A DNA stretch of 64,000 nt. Origin: Antedon mediterranea. Its lineage: Eukaryota > Animalia > Echinodermata. Both the position numbers and the translations under genes were made by a program. The number at the start of each line of letters is the position of its first letter. The stretch's first letter is position 1. The stretch covers positions 1,084,201-1,148,200 of the forward strand of contig NC_092679.1 of assembly GCF_964355755.1 (NCBI RefSeq). The letters run 5' to 3'. The notes beneath the pieces were generated by a model that was not told where the DNA came from, searched no databases, and worked only from the letters and a program-made list of their open reading frames with translations. This document shows positions 1-15,200 of this stretch, one piece after another.

Positions 1-180
1 AACATAAACCATACCTAAACACAACTTTACCAGCAACAACTATTACCAAACCAAACCATACCTAAACACAACATTATCAGCAACAACCATTACCAACATT
101 AACCATACCTCAACACAACTTTACCAGCAACAACTATTACCAAACCAAACCATACCTCAACACAACTTTACCAGCAAAAA
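1..180. repeat. ~51-bp minisatellite, truncated by the window edge
   Basis: Unit AACCATACCT(A/C)AACACAACTTTACCAGCAACAACTATTACCAAACCA repeated about 3.5 times. Confidence 0.85.
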
Positions 181-252
181 CGAACATGAACAACCGACAC
201 TACTATTGCAACCCTAGCACAACCACTAGTTTGTCCCCAATTTTGACCTGAC

Positions 253-3200
253 CTTAAAGTTGACCAATGTGCACATTGTATAGCCATGAGTTATAACAGG
301 TTCCTCATCCCCTCCATTTCCGTCCCAGCAATCAAGCTCAATACAACGACAACCAGAAAGCAAAACCTGACGGTACATCTCCACAGACGACTTGCCGGTA
401 AGCTGATGACCTTTTAAGGAAGAATTTAAAATAAATAAAATTTAAAAACAACGGGGCATCTGAAGATTCTGAACATTACAAGTTTGAAATAAAAAAAATG
501 ACACAATTTGGAGAGAAACCATTTTTCGACTTATATGATAAAAATGGAGTGTGCCCTATGTAGTGCTACACCCTCTCTGCACAATCCCTAAAGCTCTGTC
601 TACACTATCAAACTTTATGTGACAAAAAATGTGATGTGCCCATATATGGACATGATGATGTCATATCATTACCATATTTGGTCATATCACTACCATATAT
701 GGGCATATTACTACCATATATAGTGTGATAGTATAGTATAATACAAACCTGTTAAATACGTGTTATGGCTACTATTGATGAAGTAACTAGGTAACGGCTG
801 GTCCATGTCATGACAATGTGTCAGCGTTTCTGGGTCAACTACAAGGTTTTCTGAACTTAGAAGATATCGAGAAAGACCGTCAACAGACAGATGACCTGAA
901 ATAACAATTGTACATTATGCTAATTCAAAATTTGTTGAACCAAATTGACCTTATATACATAAGCCTCTTATATTGCACCGGTTTCCATAAAAAATAGATA
1001 AATATCGCATAAAAATAGCGCATTGACACAACAATTATGGAAGAGTAGCCTATACCTATTAGAAATAGTTATGCATGTGAAATTAGAATATAGGATTATT
1101 TAAATTTTAGCTGAAAAGAGACTTTTTTCACTTCCTGGAAAAACCTCACAACTGATTGCTGTACCTGGAGAAATTTCCTGCACAATGGGAAAACATATTT
1201 AAACTCGATGTACAAACACTTTTGCCAGACAAGAACAGAAAGAAGAAATACGAATGCTCCAACAGCTACACAGAGATGTTAGAAACAATCATTGATTTTG
1301 ATGATTATGACAATAATTTAATAATAATTTTTATATGAATGAATCTATTAACTGAAAATACGCAAAACTGAAATTTTGCACAATAAAACTTGGTGCTTGT
1401 TGGCTGACAACAAGTATTTGTGTCATTTATATTTTTTATATTTACCTTTTTTCACAAAGTTTGGTCTTGGTTCATACTTAGATATGATATCATGCGCATA
1501 CTCTGAATCACAATATGGATATAGAATCTCATTCAGCCTCGGATCTCGTTGCTCTTTGTTGAAAAAATCCTTCACTTGTTCCGTTGTTAGATAAGGCTTA
1601 GCTTTTGCACCCCTATATAAAAAAGTATTTGTAAAAATGTTTATTATTTCTTATTAATACTATGAAATACAAACAATGTTCAGTGGTTATGTAACAATTA
1701 GGGAAGTAGTTGTAAGTCAATAACTTTCATTTTGTAGCAAACTTGGGGAATTTATAATGACATCATATACCAATTTCACATTACCAATATCATTATTATA
1801 ATGAATATATGATTCAAATACTGGTCTTCCAAAGGGCCCAGTTGTGATCAGTGGATGTGTGTGTACTAGTACACCAGGCTAACCGCCTACTCGTCTCGAA
1901 AGATGTACTAGGTTCTTTATGAGTTTGGACAGTATACATAAAAATGATGTAAACATTGTGAATAGGGCTGCAGGCAGAAGCTTGAGACGTGAAAACTCCT
2001 TCTCCTAATTTGGAAAAACCTTTTTTTTTAAATTAATAACTTTTTTTACGCAGTAAACACCATAAAATGTATGCCACTTGATGACTAATGAATGTTTACT
2101 TGTCATAGTACAACCATAATACAACAAAGTACACAACCATCTCATTTCACTCACTCGTTACAATTAATTACACAGTCCAGAAATCAATCAACACAAGTCA
2201 TACAACACACAGTAAGATGATACCACTCTATAACACGACATTTATTAGCAAAATTGTGTTTTTATCTAAGTCAACATATGAATCATCTGAAAGGTAATCT
2301 TGTTCCATTGAATGCAATGTAAACACGTAGTAATTTGAACCAGCTCACAAATTAGTATTTCCTTTACCTATTTTTAGTGATTTCAGAATGGATTGTCTTG
2401 AAATATAAATATTTAGATAAATTTATTATATTTGTTTTATCAGATGCGTTCAAACATACCATTAGGGTTTGATTCGAACCCAAAAAAGCAGATAGAGCAT
2501 CAACATAAAAATTATGAATTCAACGTAAACATACACTTGTTGGTTTTGATGTACAACGCTAGACTAGGTTGTGAGTCTCACCAAGAATGTTCTCAATGTA
2601 GTCAGCACAATTGTATTACTGTTCTTGTAGCCGTCTTCTTCTGAAGACACATGCCCATCATTGACGGATATTAATTATCAGTTGACTTCACTGCTAGTGT
2701 ACTCGAGATCTACGTTTATACCATGCTACATACACTTTTATTTTAATTAGACTAAGGTAAACACTCCTGCTATACTTACACTCATCACTACCATACTTAC
2801 ACTCATCACTACCATACTTACACTCATCACTACCATACTTACACTCATCACTACCATACTTACACTCATCACTACCATACTTACACTCATCACTACCATA
2901 CTTACACTCATTACTACCATACTTATTTTATTATTTATTATTTCTTTATTCTGATATAAAATCAAGGATAAAAACACAAAAAAGTACCGAGACGGCAAAC
3001 TTATTTCCATTGTGGTCCTAAACAAATATAACAGAATAAACAAGGAAACCAATTACTTAAACATAATACACAAACATATAGCAAATTAAATTTCTCTTAA
3101 TCTAAGAATTTCACAAAAATAACCTTTTGATCTCTGTTTACACTCACCACTACCATAATTACACTCACCACTACCATACTTACAATCATTACTAGCATAC

Positions 3201-6200
3201 TTACACTCATCACTACCATACTTACACTCATCACTACCATACTTACACTCATCACTACCATACTTACACTCATCACTACCATACTTACACTCATCACTAC
3301 CATAATTACACTCATCACTACCATACTTACACTCATCACTACCATACTTACACTCATCACTACCATACTTACACTCATCACTACCATACTTACACTCACC
3401 ACTACCATACTTACACTCATCACTACCATACTTACAATCATTACAACCATACTTACACTCATCACTACTACCATAATTACAATCATCACTGCCATACTTA
3501 CACTCATCACTGCCATACTTACACTCATCACTACCATACTTACAATCATTACTACCATACTTACAATCATCACTACCATACTTACACTCATCACTGCCAT
3601 ACTTATACTCATCACTACCATACTTACAATAATTACTACCATACTTACACTCATCACTACCATACTTACACTCATCACTACCATACTTACACTCATCACT
3701 ACCATACTTACACTCATCACTGCCATACTTACACTCATCACTACCATACTTACAATCATCACTGCCATACTTGGACTCATCACTACCATACTTACAATCA
3801 TTACTACCATACTTACACTCATCACTACCATACTTACACTCATCACTACCATACTTACAATCATTACTACCATACTTACAATCATTACTACCATACTTAC
3901 AATCATTACTACCTTACTTACAATCATTACTACCATACTTACAATCATTACTACCATACTTACACTCATTACTACCATACTTACACTCATCACTACCATA
4001 CTTACAATCATCACTGCCATACTTACAATCATTACTACCATACTTACAATCATTACTACCATACTTACACTCATTACTACCATACTTACACTCATTACTA
4101 CCATACTTACAATCATTACTACCATACTTACATATCTTTAAACACCTTGTCAATTTCTTGTCGATTGAGAAGACAAACATAGAAATTGAAGAATTCCGCA
4201 AATGTGAACTTGGATGGGCTAATCATCTCATCCTAAAAGAATATATATATATATAATAACATATTAATTATTATTTATTTTCGATGACATTTACCCTGAA
4301 AAATAAAATGATTAAAATAAATCATTACTAGGAACTATCACTGCAAAAAAACGCCAGAAATTCCATTTCAAAATGAAACAAATGATAAAACTATTCTAAT
4401 GAAACATAAAATAAACATATTACTTATAAACAGTTTTTATAGAGATTATTTTAATTAATAAGAATCAGGAAAAATGGCAAAAATCAAACTCAAAACAATA
4501 TAGACTATCTGATAATTTAACCACATAACCTAGAAAGTAGGAGGCCTTTTGTCATTTTCCTCCTGACTGTAATGACATAAGAGCAACCTTAATTTTAAAA
4601 AGGTAAAGAGGCTATTCTAAAAGAAGATTAAACTAATTATAATAATGTAGTATTTGAGCAACTTAGAAAGAGATTATAATATAATCATAATGATTGGAGT
4701 AATACATGTAAACTGTAGCAGTGATGTAAATGAGGCATGCAAAGCAATGGGTTGACTTATTCTGCAATTATGCTTAATCAACAACTAATATTCAACAAAC
4801 TGTGCTTATTTGGCAACTGTGCTTAAATTCAGTTACTGTACTTATTAAGTAACTGTACTTATTCAGCAACTGTGCTTATTCAGCAACTTTGCTTATTCAG
4901 CAACTGTACTTATGCAGCAACTGTACTTATTCAGCAACTGTGCTTATTTGGCAATGTGCTTAAATTCAGTTACTGTACTTATTAAGTAAACTGTACTTAT
5001 TCAGCAACTGTGCTTATTTGGCAACGTGCTTAAATTCAGTTACTGTACTTATTAAGTAACTGTACTCATTCAGCAACTGTGCTTATTCAGCAACTGTACT
5101 TATTCAGCAACTGTACTTATTCAGCAACTGTTCAAGAACAGCATGTCAACAACACTTTTATTTGGCAATTTGACAGTAACAATTTATTAGAGTTATTTAT
5201 TTGATCATTACTAAAGCAATGATCCAATCTTTCTAATTTTTATTATCATATGATTTGATTTCATGCTTGATGGTGTGCATGCATTAATAACAATAATGGA
5301 ATGAATATGTAATTTGACATCCGAGAAAGCTTAAAAATTTAATTTAATTTAAAATATGAATTTAAATATAAAAGCATATTAACATAGATTCTGATAAAAC
5401 CTTACAGATAGCACACTCATTAAGAGCATTGAAAGAAAGTAGTATTTAAACAATCTACAATTTGGTTTAGGAATCTATTATACTGTAGATTTACTCCTAC
5501 ACGAACCATGTATTAATTCTTTTTGTAATCAAATTCTTTATTTTTTTTCTTCAACAATCATTAATAATAGCTTTGAAAGTCTGTAACAGACAAAAGCTGA
5601 TACGTTTCTATGATGATGCCCTAAGCTTCTATTAAGCATGGCATTTGTCATTACTAACATGATGCTAAATAATTTAGTGATTAATAAATTACATTAAATC
5701 ACTTGAGTGATATCAGGATAAACAGTAATGTTATTTTACAAACATTTTAATGTTATTATAAACTGTTTTATAAACAATATAGCACTTTATTCTGATATTT
5801 GCACAAATGTTCAGTTAATTACATGTATGTTTACATTATAACTAATATATATAAAAAAAAATATTGACATTTAAAGAAAAAAATCTTAAATGGATCAGAG
5901 ATAAGTAAATACTATGAAATCTCTAGTTTTGGATTTGAAAGTGGAAGGTAGGAGTGAAAAAGCATATTAAATTGAATTGTTATTTAAAATATTCTAACGG
6001 TTGTTCATTATTCATTTGCAAAGTTTTCAAGAGCTACAAGTAATTAATTAATGTACATTGCCATGGTAACATGAAAACAAAGCAATTACCATTGCCGTGG
6101 TGACCATCTTACTCCTTATTTTCAAAGCTTGAAAAGAAGTCTGTAAAAAACACACCATACACACTATATATAGACAGACAGTGAATGATATATACGCCAT

Positions 6201-9200
6201 TATACACTTTAAGATGAATTGTCTCCAAAAACGTACAAAATGGGGATTAAATAAATCAGAATTTGAATAGGTTATTCTGTAGTTTTAATAAAGTTAATCA
6301 CTTCCATAGAAAAAAATACCCAAAAAAAAATGTTTTCACTTATAAAATAACATAATAAATGGTTAAATCAACCAAAAATATATTTGAATTTGACCTTTTT
6401 TTGCTTTAAATTACAGCTTTTTCAAGTAAAATTTTGTTTAGATCCAATTTTTGTCAAAGTGGATAACTATTATGTGACATTAAATATATTCATATACAAA
6501 CATATTCAACATCAAACATTTAAAAAAAGAAATATTTTTAAGGGGACAATACATCTTTAATATGAATTAGGCCTACAGACTTTTATTTTATAATAAAATC
6601 ACATCACAATTATAAAATTTACAATATCAAAAAATACATTACAAAAAAAAAATATAAAAAATACAATGACATTAACAACATCAATAATACAATATGAAAA
6701 TATCTGGACTAATAACCCTATAAAAATGGAAAATAAATCATCATTCGGATATATTTTTATGATATATTGGCAATTTATTTTGTAATAATTAAATATCCAT
6801 GTCAGTACTGATCCATGTAGTATAGTACAATAGTATGGTGAGTGTACTTTTACGTTATAAATGTACAGAAAACTACATGACAACTGTATAAATAAACAAA
6901 GTATGTAGAGCATTAATTGGTGTCACATGCAGAGATACATGCTGATACCAATCCAGCAGTGAAATTAAACTCATCTGTTATTATAACTGGCAAAGACTTA
7001 ACTATAGCAGTGGTATTGCTTAGTCTCCTGAAGGGATACCAATGATATAATAAGTCTTGTTGTAGTGGTGCTAAGTAATGCATAAAGCTCTGTCTACACT
7101 ATCAAACTTTATGTGACAAAATAATGTAATGTGCCCATATATGGACAAGATGATGTCATATCACTACCATATTTAAACATATCACTACCATATTTAAACA
7201 TATCACTACCATATTTGGTAATGCATCTTTAATAAAACGGGAAATAAATACAAATGATACAATGTTCATTACCATGTCAAAATTTGAATAATAATATACT
7301 TTATTATATTTCTACATGCTGTACATACAACTGATTATTAATATTCAAATGTAGTAGTCTTACCTTTCCTGTAATTAGTCCAACTGCTTGCAATGCATTT
7401 AACACTTTCTTTTTATCGCTGTCTCTTGTCGCAAATGTTCGAACAAAACTAAAAGAAATAATCGTTCAAAATGTAGAATCAAAACGGTACTGGGTTTGAT
7501 CAACTAACGCCATTGCGCCAATTCATGGTAGTACTGATGATGTACTATATACCTAAATGGCAACTATAATGATCTTGTCAATTTTAGTTGATGGAAGATT
7601 AATAATGAAAACAGTAAGAACTGAGACAGAAAAAAGTACCACAGCAGATATCAACACTCATTACTTTATTTTAAAATGTTCAATTGTATACTACTTACGT
7701 TTTCACCGATATCTTTCCTTGTATATTTGTTGAAATGCTTAGCTTAGAATACCTATAAATATAATAACACAACATCAATCTAAATTTATCTTAATACCAT
7801 GAGGCACTGTGGTACAGTGGTTAAAACATTGGCAATCCAGAAGTTATGGGTCCGGTCAAGATTCTTTATACACCTTGCTTTCTCTAACCAGATGACAGAA
7901 ATGGGTAGAGGCATACTTCCCACAATACAGTGGTGACTGGTCGACAGAGACTCCCTCAGTGGCATAGAATTTGCCTTTTCATATTTGTCCTCCACTTGGT
8001 GGGAAAAGGTTTATCCAGGTAAGCTAGGCACGAAATTTACTAAATTATTGTTTATATTTTATTTGTTAACCACAATGTTCAGTAATTTATTTAAAAAATT
8101 TGTGAAGAGACTAAAATGTAGGGAAATGAGCAACATTATCGTTAAAAGTTCATGAGGAAAGAATCTAGGAAATGATGATACTGTCTGCTAATCTATCAGG
8201 TAGAGGTTACTGATTTTTCAGTACAGTCAACAGACATCTTTTTAATGTAATAATAAAATGAAAAAGATGTGAATATATATTTCATCTTTCAAGATTCAAT
8301 ACATTTTATTGGTCCACTTAAAAATGGAAATTTCGCTGAGCTATTTGTCAAGCGGTTAAGGCAGGGGCTGCTGCAAACCATAGTTAAACATTTAGCACAG
8401 GTTAAATGTTCCTCTATCTGTTCTGATGTTGGTTTGGAAATCAAATAAATAGAAAGAATATATTTCTTCTTTTACTGGGCTATTTGTGACTAATTTTATT
8501 GTACTGTACAAGACCTTTTTACAGGTACTTTGTGTTCCCATACAATAGGCAGGGATAGGTTCATAAAGGAAATTCAATTCATTTATTATACAGTCAACTC
8601 TCCCAATACCGGACTCTCCCAAAACCGGAATTCACGAAAAACCGGACTTTTTTGGAGGGCCCAATTTGTCCCTATTCTAAATGTACTGTAATTTATTATG
8701 AAAACCGGAATACCCAATTCCGGAATCCGGACAAATTATGAAGTACAAAACACGAAAATTAGCGTCTGAAAACCGGACTGACAGTTAAAAAACTCCAAAT
8801 ATTTACGAAAACAACGTAACATCGTCGTCACTGACTCGGATTCAATACATTCACAATGTACAAAAGCTTTTAACCATACCCTCACCATGCATGAAGTGCA
8901 CGACGTTTCGCGGTACGATCAAATAATGTTGCAATGGAGCACTACACTGTGATTGACAGGTCAGTTCATTGTTAACCCACGAGGCGACAATTGCTTTGTT
9001 GCGTATCGAACTGCGGTGGGCTTTTTCACATCGAAGCGCTAATGTCTATTGTTTTTAGCAGGGAGTTGTTAACAACTCCCTGTTTTTTAGCATATGAATT
9101 GTTTTTTAATAAAGTTCAATTTACATTCCACTTTGTGTCTTTGTTTTGTTTAAATTATTGTTAAATTCACAATTGCAATAGGAATTTAAAAAGGAATGTT

Positions 9201-12200
9201 TCACTAAAAATGTGCATCATTATAAATTTGGAAATCATTATGGCAAAACGTAAACGGAATGAACTTGACTTAACTAATGTTAATAAACTTTGAAATGTTA
9301 CCAATTAATTATTGTGTCATTATTGCTTGGCTCGTTACCCTAATCAATTTTCATCATTGCTATCAAATTACGTCAAAATAAAGGAGCTTAAAAAACATGT
9401 GGTCTAGGTGTGTGGGCGTTTTTATTTGATTATGACACCTCTGCACATGCGCATCAATCAAAGCCCTTCACCCATGCTGCTGCTGCTAGCTAGCTCACGA
9501 AAAACAATAAACAGACCGAAATTATGTTCACCGTACGTACGTACGTAGGCCTTTTTGCCGTTAAAAACACATTAAGAAACAATAATTTACTATTGTAACA
9601 TGTTTTATTGGTACAGTAAATAATGTAACTTTTAAAAAAGGTAAATTGAATTACTGTAGCTTAATATTAATAAAGTAGGCCTAGGCCTATCAGTATTTAT
9701 TTAATTAAAACTAGATTGACACAATCATAGCCTAGCCTAGGCCTTCCCTACGCTAGGAGACCGTACCGGGCAGCATTCGGACCGGTGATTCAAAGCATTT
9801 TCAGTGACAACGTGATGACTTTAAAAATATGTTTTCAGGAAACCGGACTTTCGAAAAACCGGAAAATATATGCCCGCCCAAGGGTGTCCGGTATTGGGAG
9901 AGTTGACTGTACCACTCTTTCAATGTAAATAATAATAATCATTGCAATAATTTAACGTTAATAGAGCATGTCAAAATGAAATAATAACAGCTGTTAGTGT
10001 ACAAGAAGTAAACCTCATTTCATACAATTTTAAATCTTGATGAGCATTTGATACCCACATGATAATGATGACTAACTATTGTCCTTGGCCCCCAAAGTGC
10101 GGAAATACAAAATAGGGGACCCAGAAACTTTCAAACAACTTCTGAAATTACAGTATGACATTATAGCAGTCTACTGGGCTCATGTGTGGGCGACACGTAC
10201 AACAACTTTTTTTTATCCCAATAGCTTTTACCAAACGCAGTCTACTGGTCTGAATTGGGCTGAGGTGTGGACGACACATACTGTACCACAAATTTATTAT
10301 CCGAATAGATTTCACCAAACGTTTATCATTATCATGTGTTTTAATATGAACATTATGATATAAACTTACAATTTATCCAGAAGCGAGGCAGGCGATGGGT
10401 TTTGTGTTGTTCTGCTATATGCAATTTTGAGTAAAGCATTACTCCAAACCTACAAAAAATGTTATTGTTTTTAAAAATAAATTTGTCCATATTTTTTTTC
10501 AATCCATACAAATCTCTTTTAAAATTAATTTTAATTTCTATTACATTTTATTTATTTAAACTGAATCCAAATAAATGGACTATGTTAGTCATTCCTGATT
10601 GTATAATGTGGAAAAAAACCCACAAAATGTGCAAATATCTATGGTATAAAAACTGTCTATTATGAGTAATTAGAAAAGGAATAAATACAACATTATAATT
10701 AGATACCATCAATTATTAAATTACATGAGAAAAACCAATTAAATTAATTAAAAACATTGATAAAATATGAATAAAGACAATATTATTATATTCCACTCAG
10801 CACACTACATAATTATTAAATTATATACAGTATGAGAAAAACCAATTAAATTAATTAAAAACATTGATAAAAAAATGTTGTAATGTGTTAGATAAAAAGT
10901 GCTTAATGAAACAAATTATGAATTGAAAGTAATGTCTACAAATGCAATATAATAGAATTTAAAAAATACCCATAACTCTTAAAGACTACACAAAAACGAT
11001 TCTGGCAGATAAATGCAAAAGAACTTGAGTTGTTAGTCCATTGCGAACTTTGACATTCGTTGGTACGCATTTATGCTCATTGGTGAGGAGATCAAGTAGA
11101 TAGAAGACATATATAGATTAAAGAGCAGCATAGGCAGCATAGATACAATGCAGCTAGATTCACTTTCAGTATGCAAGAGACCTTATTCAAGAAGGTTTGG
11201 AATTGTATCAATAGAATATGAAGGCAACAGCAAAGAAGAAATCTACAGCAACCTTAAGTTCTGTCTACACTATCAAACTAGTTTGACAAAAAAAGTGTGA
11301 TGTGCCCAAGGTAGTGATATGTTTAAATATGGTAGTGATATGACATCACCAAGGCCATATATGGGCACATAACATGTCACATAAAGTTTGATAGTGTAGA
11401 CATAACTTTAATTGTCAGTTTCAGACAGAAAAGATTTGCTTGCCACAAAATGTTGAAAGCCAAACCTATGCATAATCTACACTTAAAAAAACGACCCAAG
11501 CCCTCCACAATCTAAAATATTTTTAGCATCTTTAAGACATTATCTCATCTCAATTAAGCATATGTAACCTACTTATTAATGGTGTGATTTAAATTTAATT
11601 TCAGTTATGATGGTGTAACGAGTCTATTCAAGAATGATGAAATTAGCATTATATGGTAGTAAAATGTGCATGTACAGTTAAGCACTGTCTACACTATCAA
11701 ACTTTATGTAACAAAAAAATGTGATGTGCTCATATATTGACATGATGATGTCATATCACTACCATATTTGGGCACCTCAAACTTTTTTGTCCAACTAGTT
11801 TGATAGTGTAGACAGAGCTTTAGTAATATTAAAGTATAATTGTTTGCATATTCAGTTTTACATGTTGGTCTATCACATGGTTAGGGCTGCAAACTCTAAA
11901 ACAAGACTTGAACTTAGTTTTTGCAACCCAAAATATTAGTAAAAAATATGTAACAGATTAAATAAAATGTAATGACAAGAGCCACATATTCTTCTTTACT
12001 GTACTTTCCATCTTCTAGGGAAGGAGGGAGAATATTTAAATAAAGAAGTTTAGATAAATAAAGATGAAATTAAGAAATGTTATCGTGAGATAAAATTCAT
12101 TGTATTTTACAGCAGTTCAACTGATAAAAAATACATTTAATTATAATAAGCTATTAAAATAGGTGTGGTTGAAATACAAAGTGTATATTACAAACATTTA

Positions 12201-15200
12201 AGTTACTGGTATAAACCTGAGTGAATAAACTTAATTAATACAGCTTGGTGTACACAATGACACATTTCATGGATAGTGGTACAGCACATCGAAACATCAT
12301 TTCAAACAACATAATTTCAAACAACATAATTAATGTTACCATATGGCCAATTATAATTCCATACTTGAGTATAACTAAATTCGGACACAAGACTTTGCTA
12401 AATTCCCGGAAGGCAATCCGAGTGATATCCCACTCCTAATTTTCACCAAATATCATACCTATTGGACTATACTCGGTAATACTGGATTCCACGGAGAAAT
12501 TAGCTTATGGTTATCAGAATATGTAGTAAGGATGTAGGCCTATAATATTGCCAACAATGTCGGTACATCATTAGTACATTTTTAATACTATTAATTTTAC
12601 GATCACCTCACACTCTCTAAATTAAATCCCAAAATGTTAATTATTACATTATAATATACTTTTCCAAATTCCCTTTGCTTATTATTTGTAATCACTTGAC
12701 TTTAGTCCTAAATTGTCATAGCAACTAGTTTCTTAATTGAACTTTTAATGAAGAAGAATTAGATGTAATTAATCTGGTCTAATCAGTCAAGTAGTAACAA
12801 GTTTTTAGGTTAATTTTAAATTTGATATGTGGATACGCTATTACAAAGCTCTCTCTATTACCGAGTACTAGTAATCCATCTTTTTATCTGAACACAAAAT
12901 AAAACAGAAAATGGAGATTAAGGGTCATATTCTAGGATTACGGGTTATTCTAGGATTAATGATTATTCTAGAAATCCATTTAAAATAAATGAAACATAAT
13001 TTCCATTTGATACTACCTGTATTTTATTGTTTGAAAATAAATAAATAAATAAATCTCTGTCCTTGTCATTGAGAGGGCACCACTATATGTACAGTTATAC
13101 AGTACTGAAAAATGAATTTTACCATTTTATTTTCGAAAATTTGGAATTGTTTTTCTTTATATTCTTAGCCGTACAATATTGTTGACATGGCCTGAAATAT
13201 TAAATTAAGTTTATAAAGTATTTTTTTACCATTCTTAAATTGAAATCTTAACGGTAGTATTTATTTTCTTACTTTAGTTTCAAAATGTTTGCTACTACTA
13301 CATATAATGTTGTTTGAATACTTTTATGGAATAATTGCATTATGGGTAATATTGCGAAGTACGCATATGTGTTTATGTTAGTTTGATCCAGGTTGTGACA
13401 AACTACAGTGACTCTTACTGCAGTAATAATACTCTTACTGCAGTAATAATACTCTTACTGTGTCTGTTATCAACGGGAAATACTGACAGTAGGCCTACAT
13501 TTAACTTTTTTTATACCGAGTTGTACTATTTTTCCCATCAACTGTCTTTTCTAGAAAATGGTCAAAGGGCACCAATAACGGCGATAATTACCTCAACATG
13601 TGGATGTGATATGTTGTTTGCTGTTTTTACAATTTCATTCTGTGCAGGAAAAGAAAAGGTCCATTATTCAGAACAAACAACAAAAAATTTCATACAAAAT
13701 CTGATTTACCGTAAACATTGGCAAAAAAAGCTGTGCGTACTGTGTTTGTGCTTTTTGCTTATTTTGTGTCGTGCTAAGCCAGGTACATATGATTTTTTAC
13801 TTTCCCAGTGAAATACTTCGTTCCATACCATCAGTTTATTTCGATATAACAAAACAAATTGTTATTTAAACCTATTGCAAATCATGTTATTTATAAAATT
13901 GTACAACCTCAACAAGGATATCAGTTATTTATTGTTATACAAAGTACAGTATAATAGAATACTATCTATTGAATAAACCACCAACGATTATGACTCACAA
14001 CAAGAACTAAAACACCACCAGGAAGCCTTGTTATCATTCAGTTACTAATTCTTTCACAGTACAACTCTCACAATACCAACTCACAAAATCAGACTTTTTT
14101 AGGTCTAAAAAGTTCTAAATTCTTTTTTTACCAATAAAAACACATTCAGAAAACAAGTCTTTCCAGAAAACATGTCAGGCCAGCCAGCCCAAAGGTGTTT
14201 GGTATTGGGAAAGTTGACTGTATCAATTTAAAAACATAGTCATTATTAGAAGTACAAGCAGGCCTGTGATATTGATTACAAATCCAATAGACAATGTAAA
14301 CATTACTTATACAGTAATAAATTACTATATAACCCATTACTTTTGATGTTATTCACACCAACCACCACCACCACAAAGCAATGTTTATGTCATATAAAAA
14401 AAAGAGAATTCATTTGGAAGTAAATCTTTACTTGTATGGGTTGCCTAACATTTTTCTGTCACATCAAGTTTGATAGTGCAGACAGAGCTTTAGGGAGACT
14501 ATGCCAAGAATGATACTACCATGTTTTCTATTCTTGGTTTCTTCCAAGAATTTAAACATCCGGATTTGTCACCAAGTTCAGATTTACCTCTAAATAAATT
14601 TCTTTATATTTTAAATTAAAATTTGATGAAGCTTTCCCACAATATTGATACCATCACCAGAAGTGGTTAATGACGATGATGATGCATATCGATAAGCATT
14701 TGTGGCATGATAGATAATGCAATAGATATACCAGCACCATTATCAATCTAAAACTATATTGACACTCAGCCAGCCTGAATTCTGTCCAGTGATCGGATGA
14801 CAAATCATGTAATGTTTATAGAACCATTCACATTTAAATTATTTTTGGATTCCAAACAGATATACAGTACGTGTGTAAAAACTCATCATACATACTATAG
14901 CCATGGAGTATTTACTTCATGCTATAACCCAGAGTTTTCTCCGGCCACCAGAGTGTGAACGTTCCTTTACTTTGATGCCACACTACTACTACATACATGC
15001 TATCAGGGCTACCACCACCAATGTGAAACATACCTTAGGTTTGACTGCATTTGCAGCACAGAAGTTTAGGCAAGAAAGCTGACACATATCAGCACCACTG
15101 TAGTATATACTCATCGTCTTATTTTCAAGTTTTTCTTTTGTACCCATCATCGCTAAGTCTCTTGTTTTGGAATCCTACAAAATAAAAAAGTTCATAATAA

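Noticed and set aside
2580-2700. Possible alternative PLCB exon ending at TTG|GTGAGA
   Set aside because: The phase needed to join exon 1446-1612 contains a stop; no acceptor or usable start
2747-4256. ORFs (MVVMSVS)n, (SLLPYLQ)n and (CKYGSND)n
   Set aside because: Translations of a 21-bp minisatellite inside a PLCB intron; the period is divisible by 3, so several frames stay open
2770-5131. CRISPR-like array
   Set aside because: Head-to-tail tandem units with no unique spacers, no cas genes, eukaryotic context
13383-13811. 142-aa plus-strand ORF as a nested gene
   Set aside because: No recognisable domain and no compatible downstream exon found
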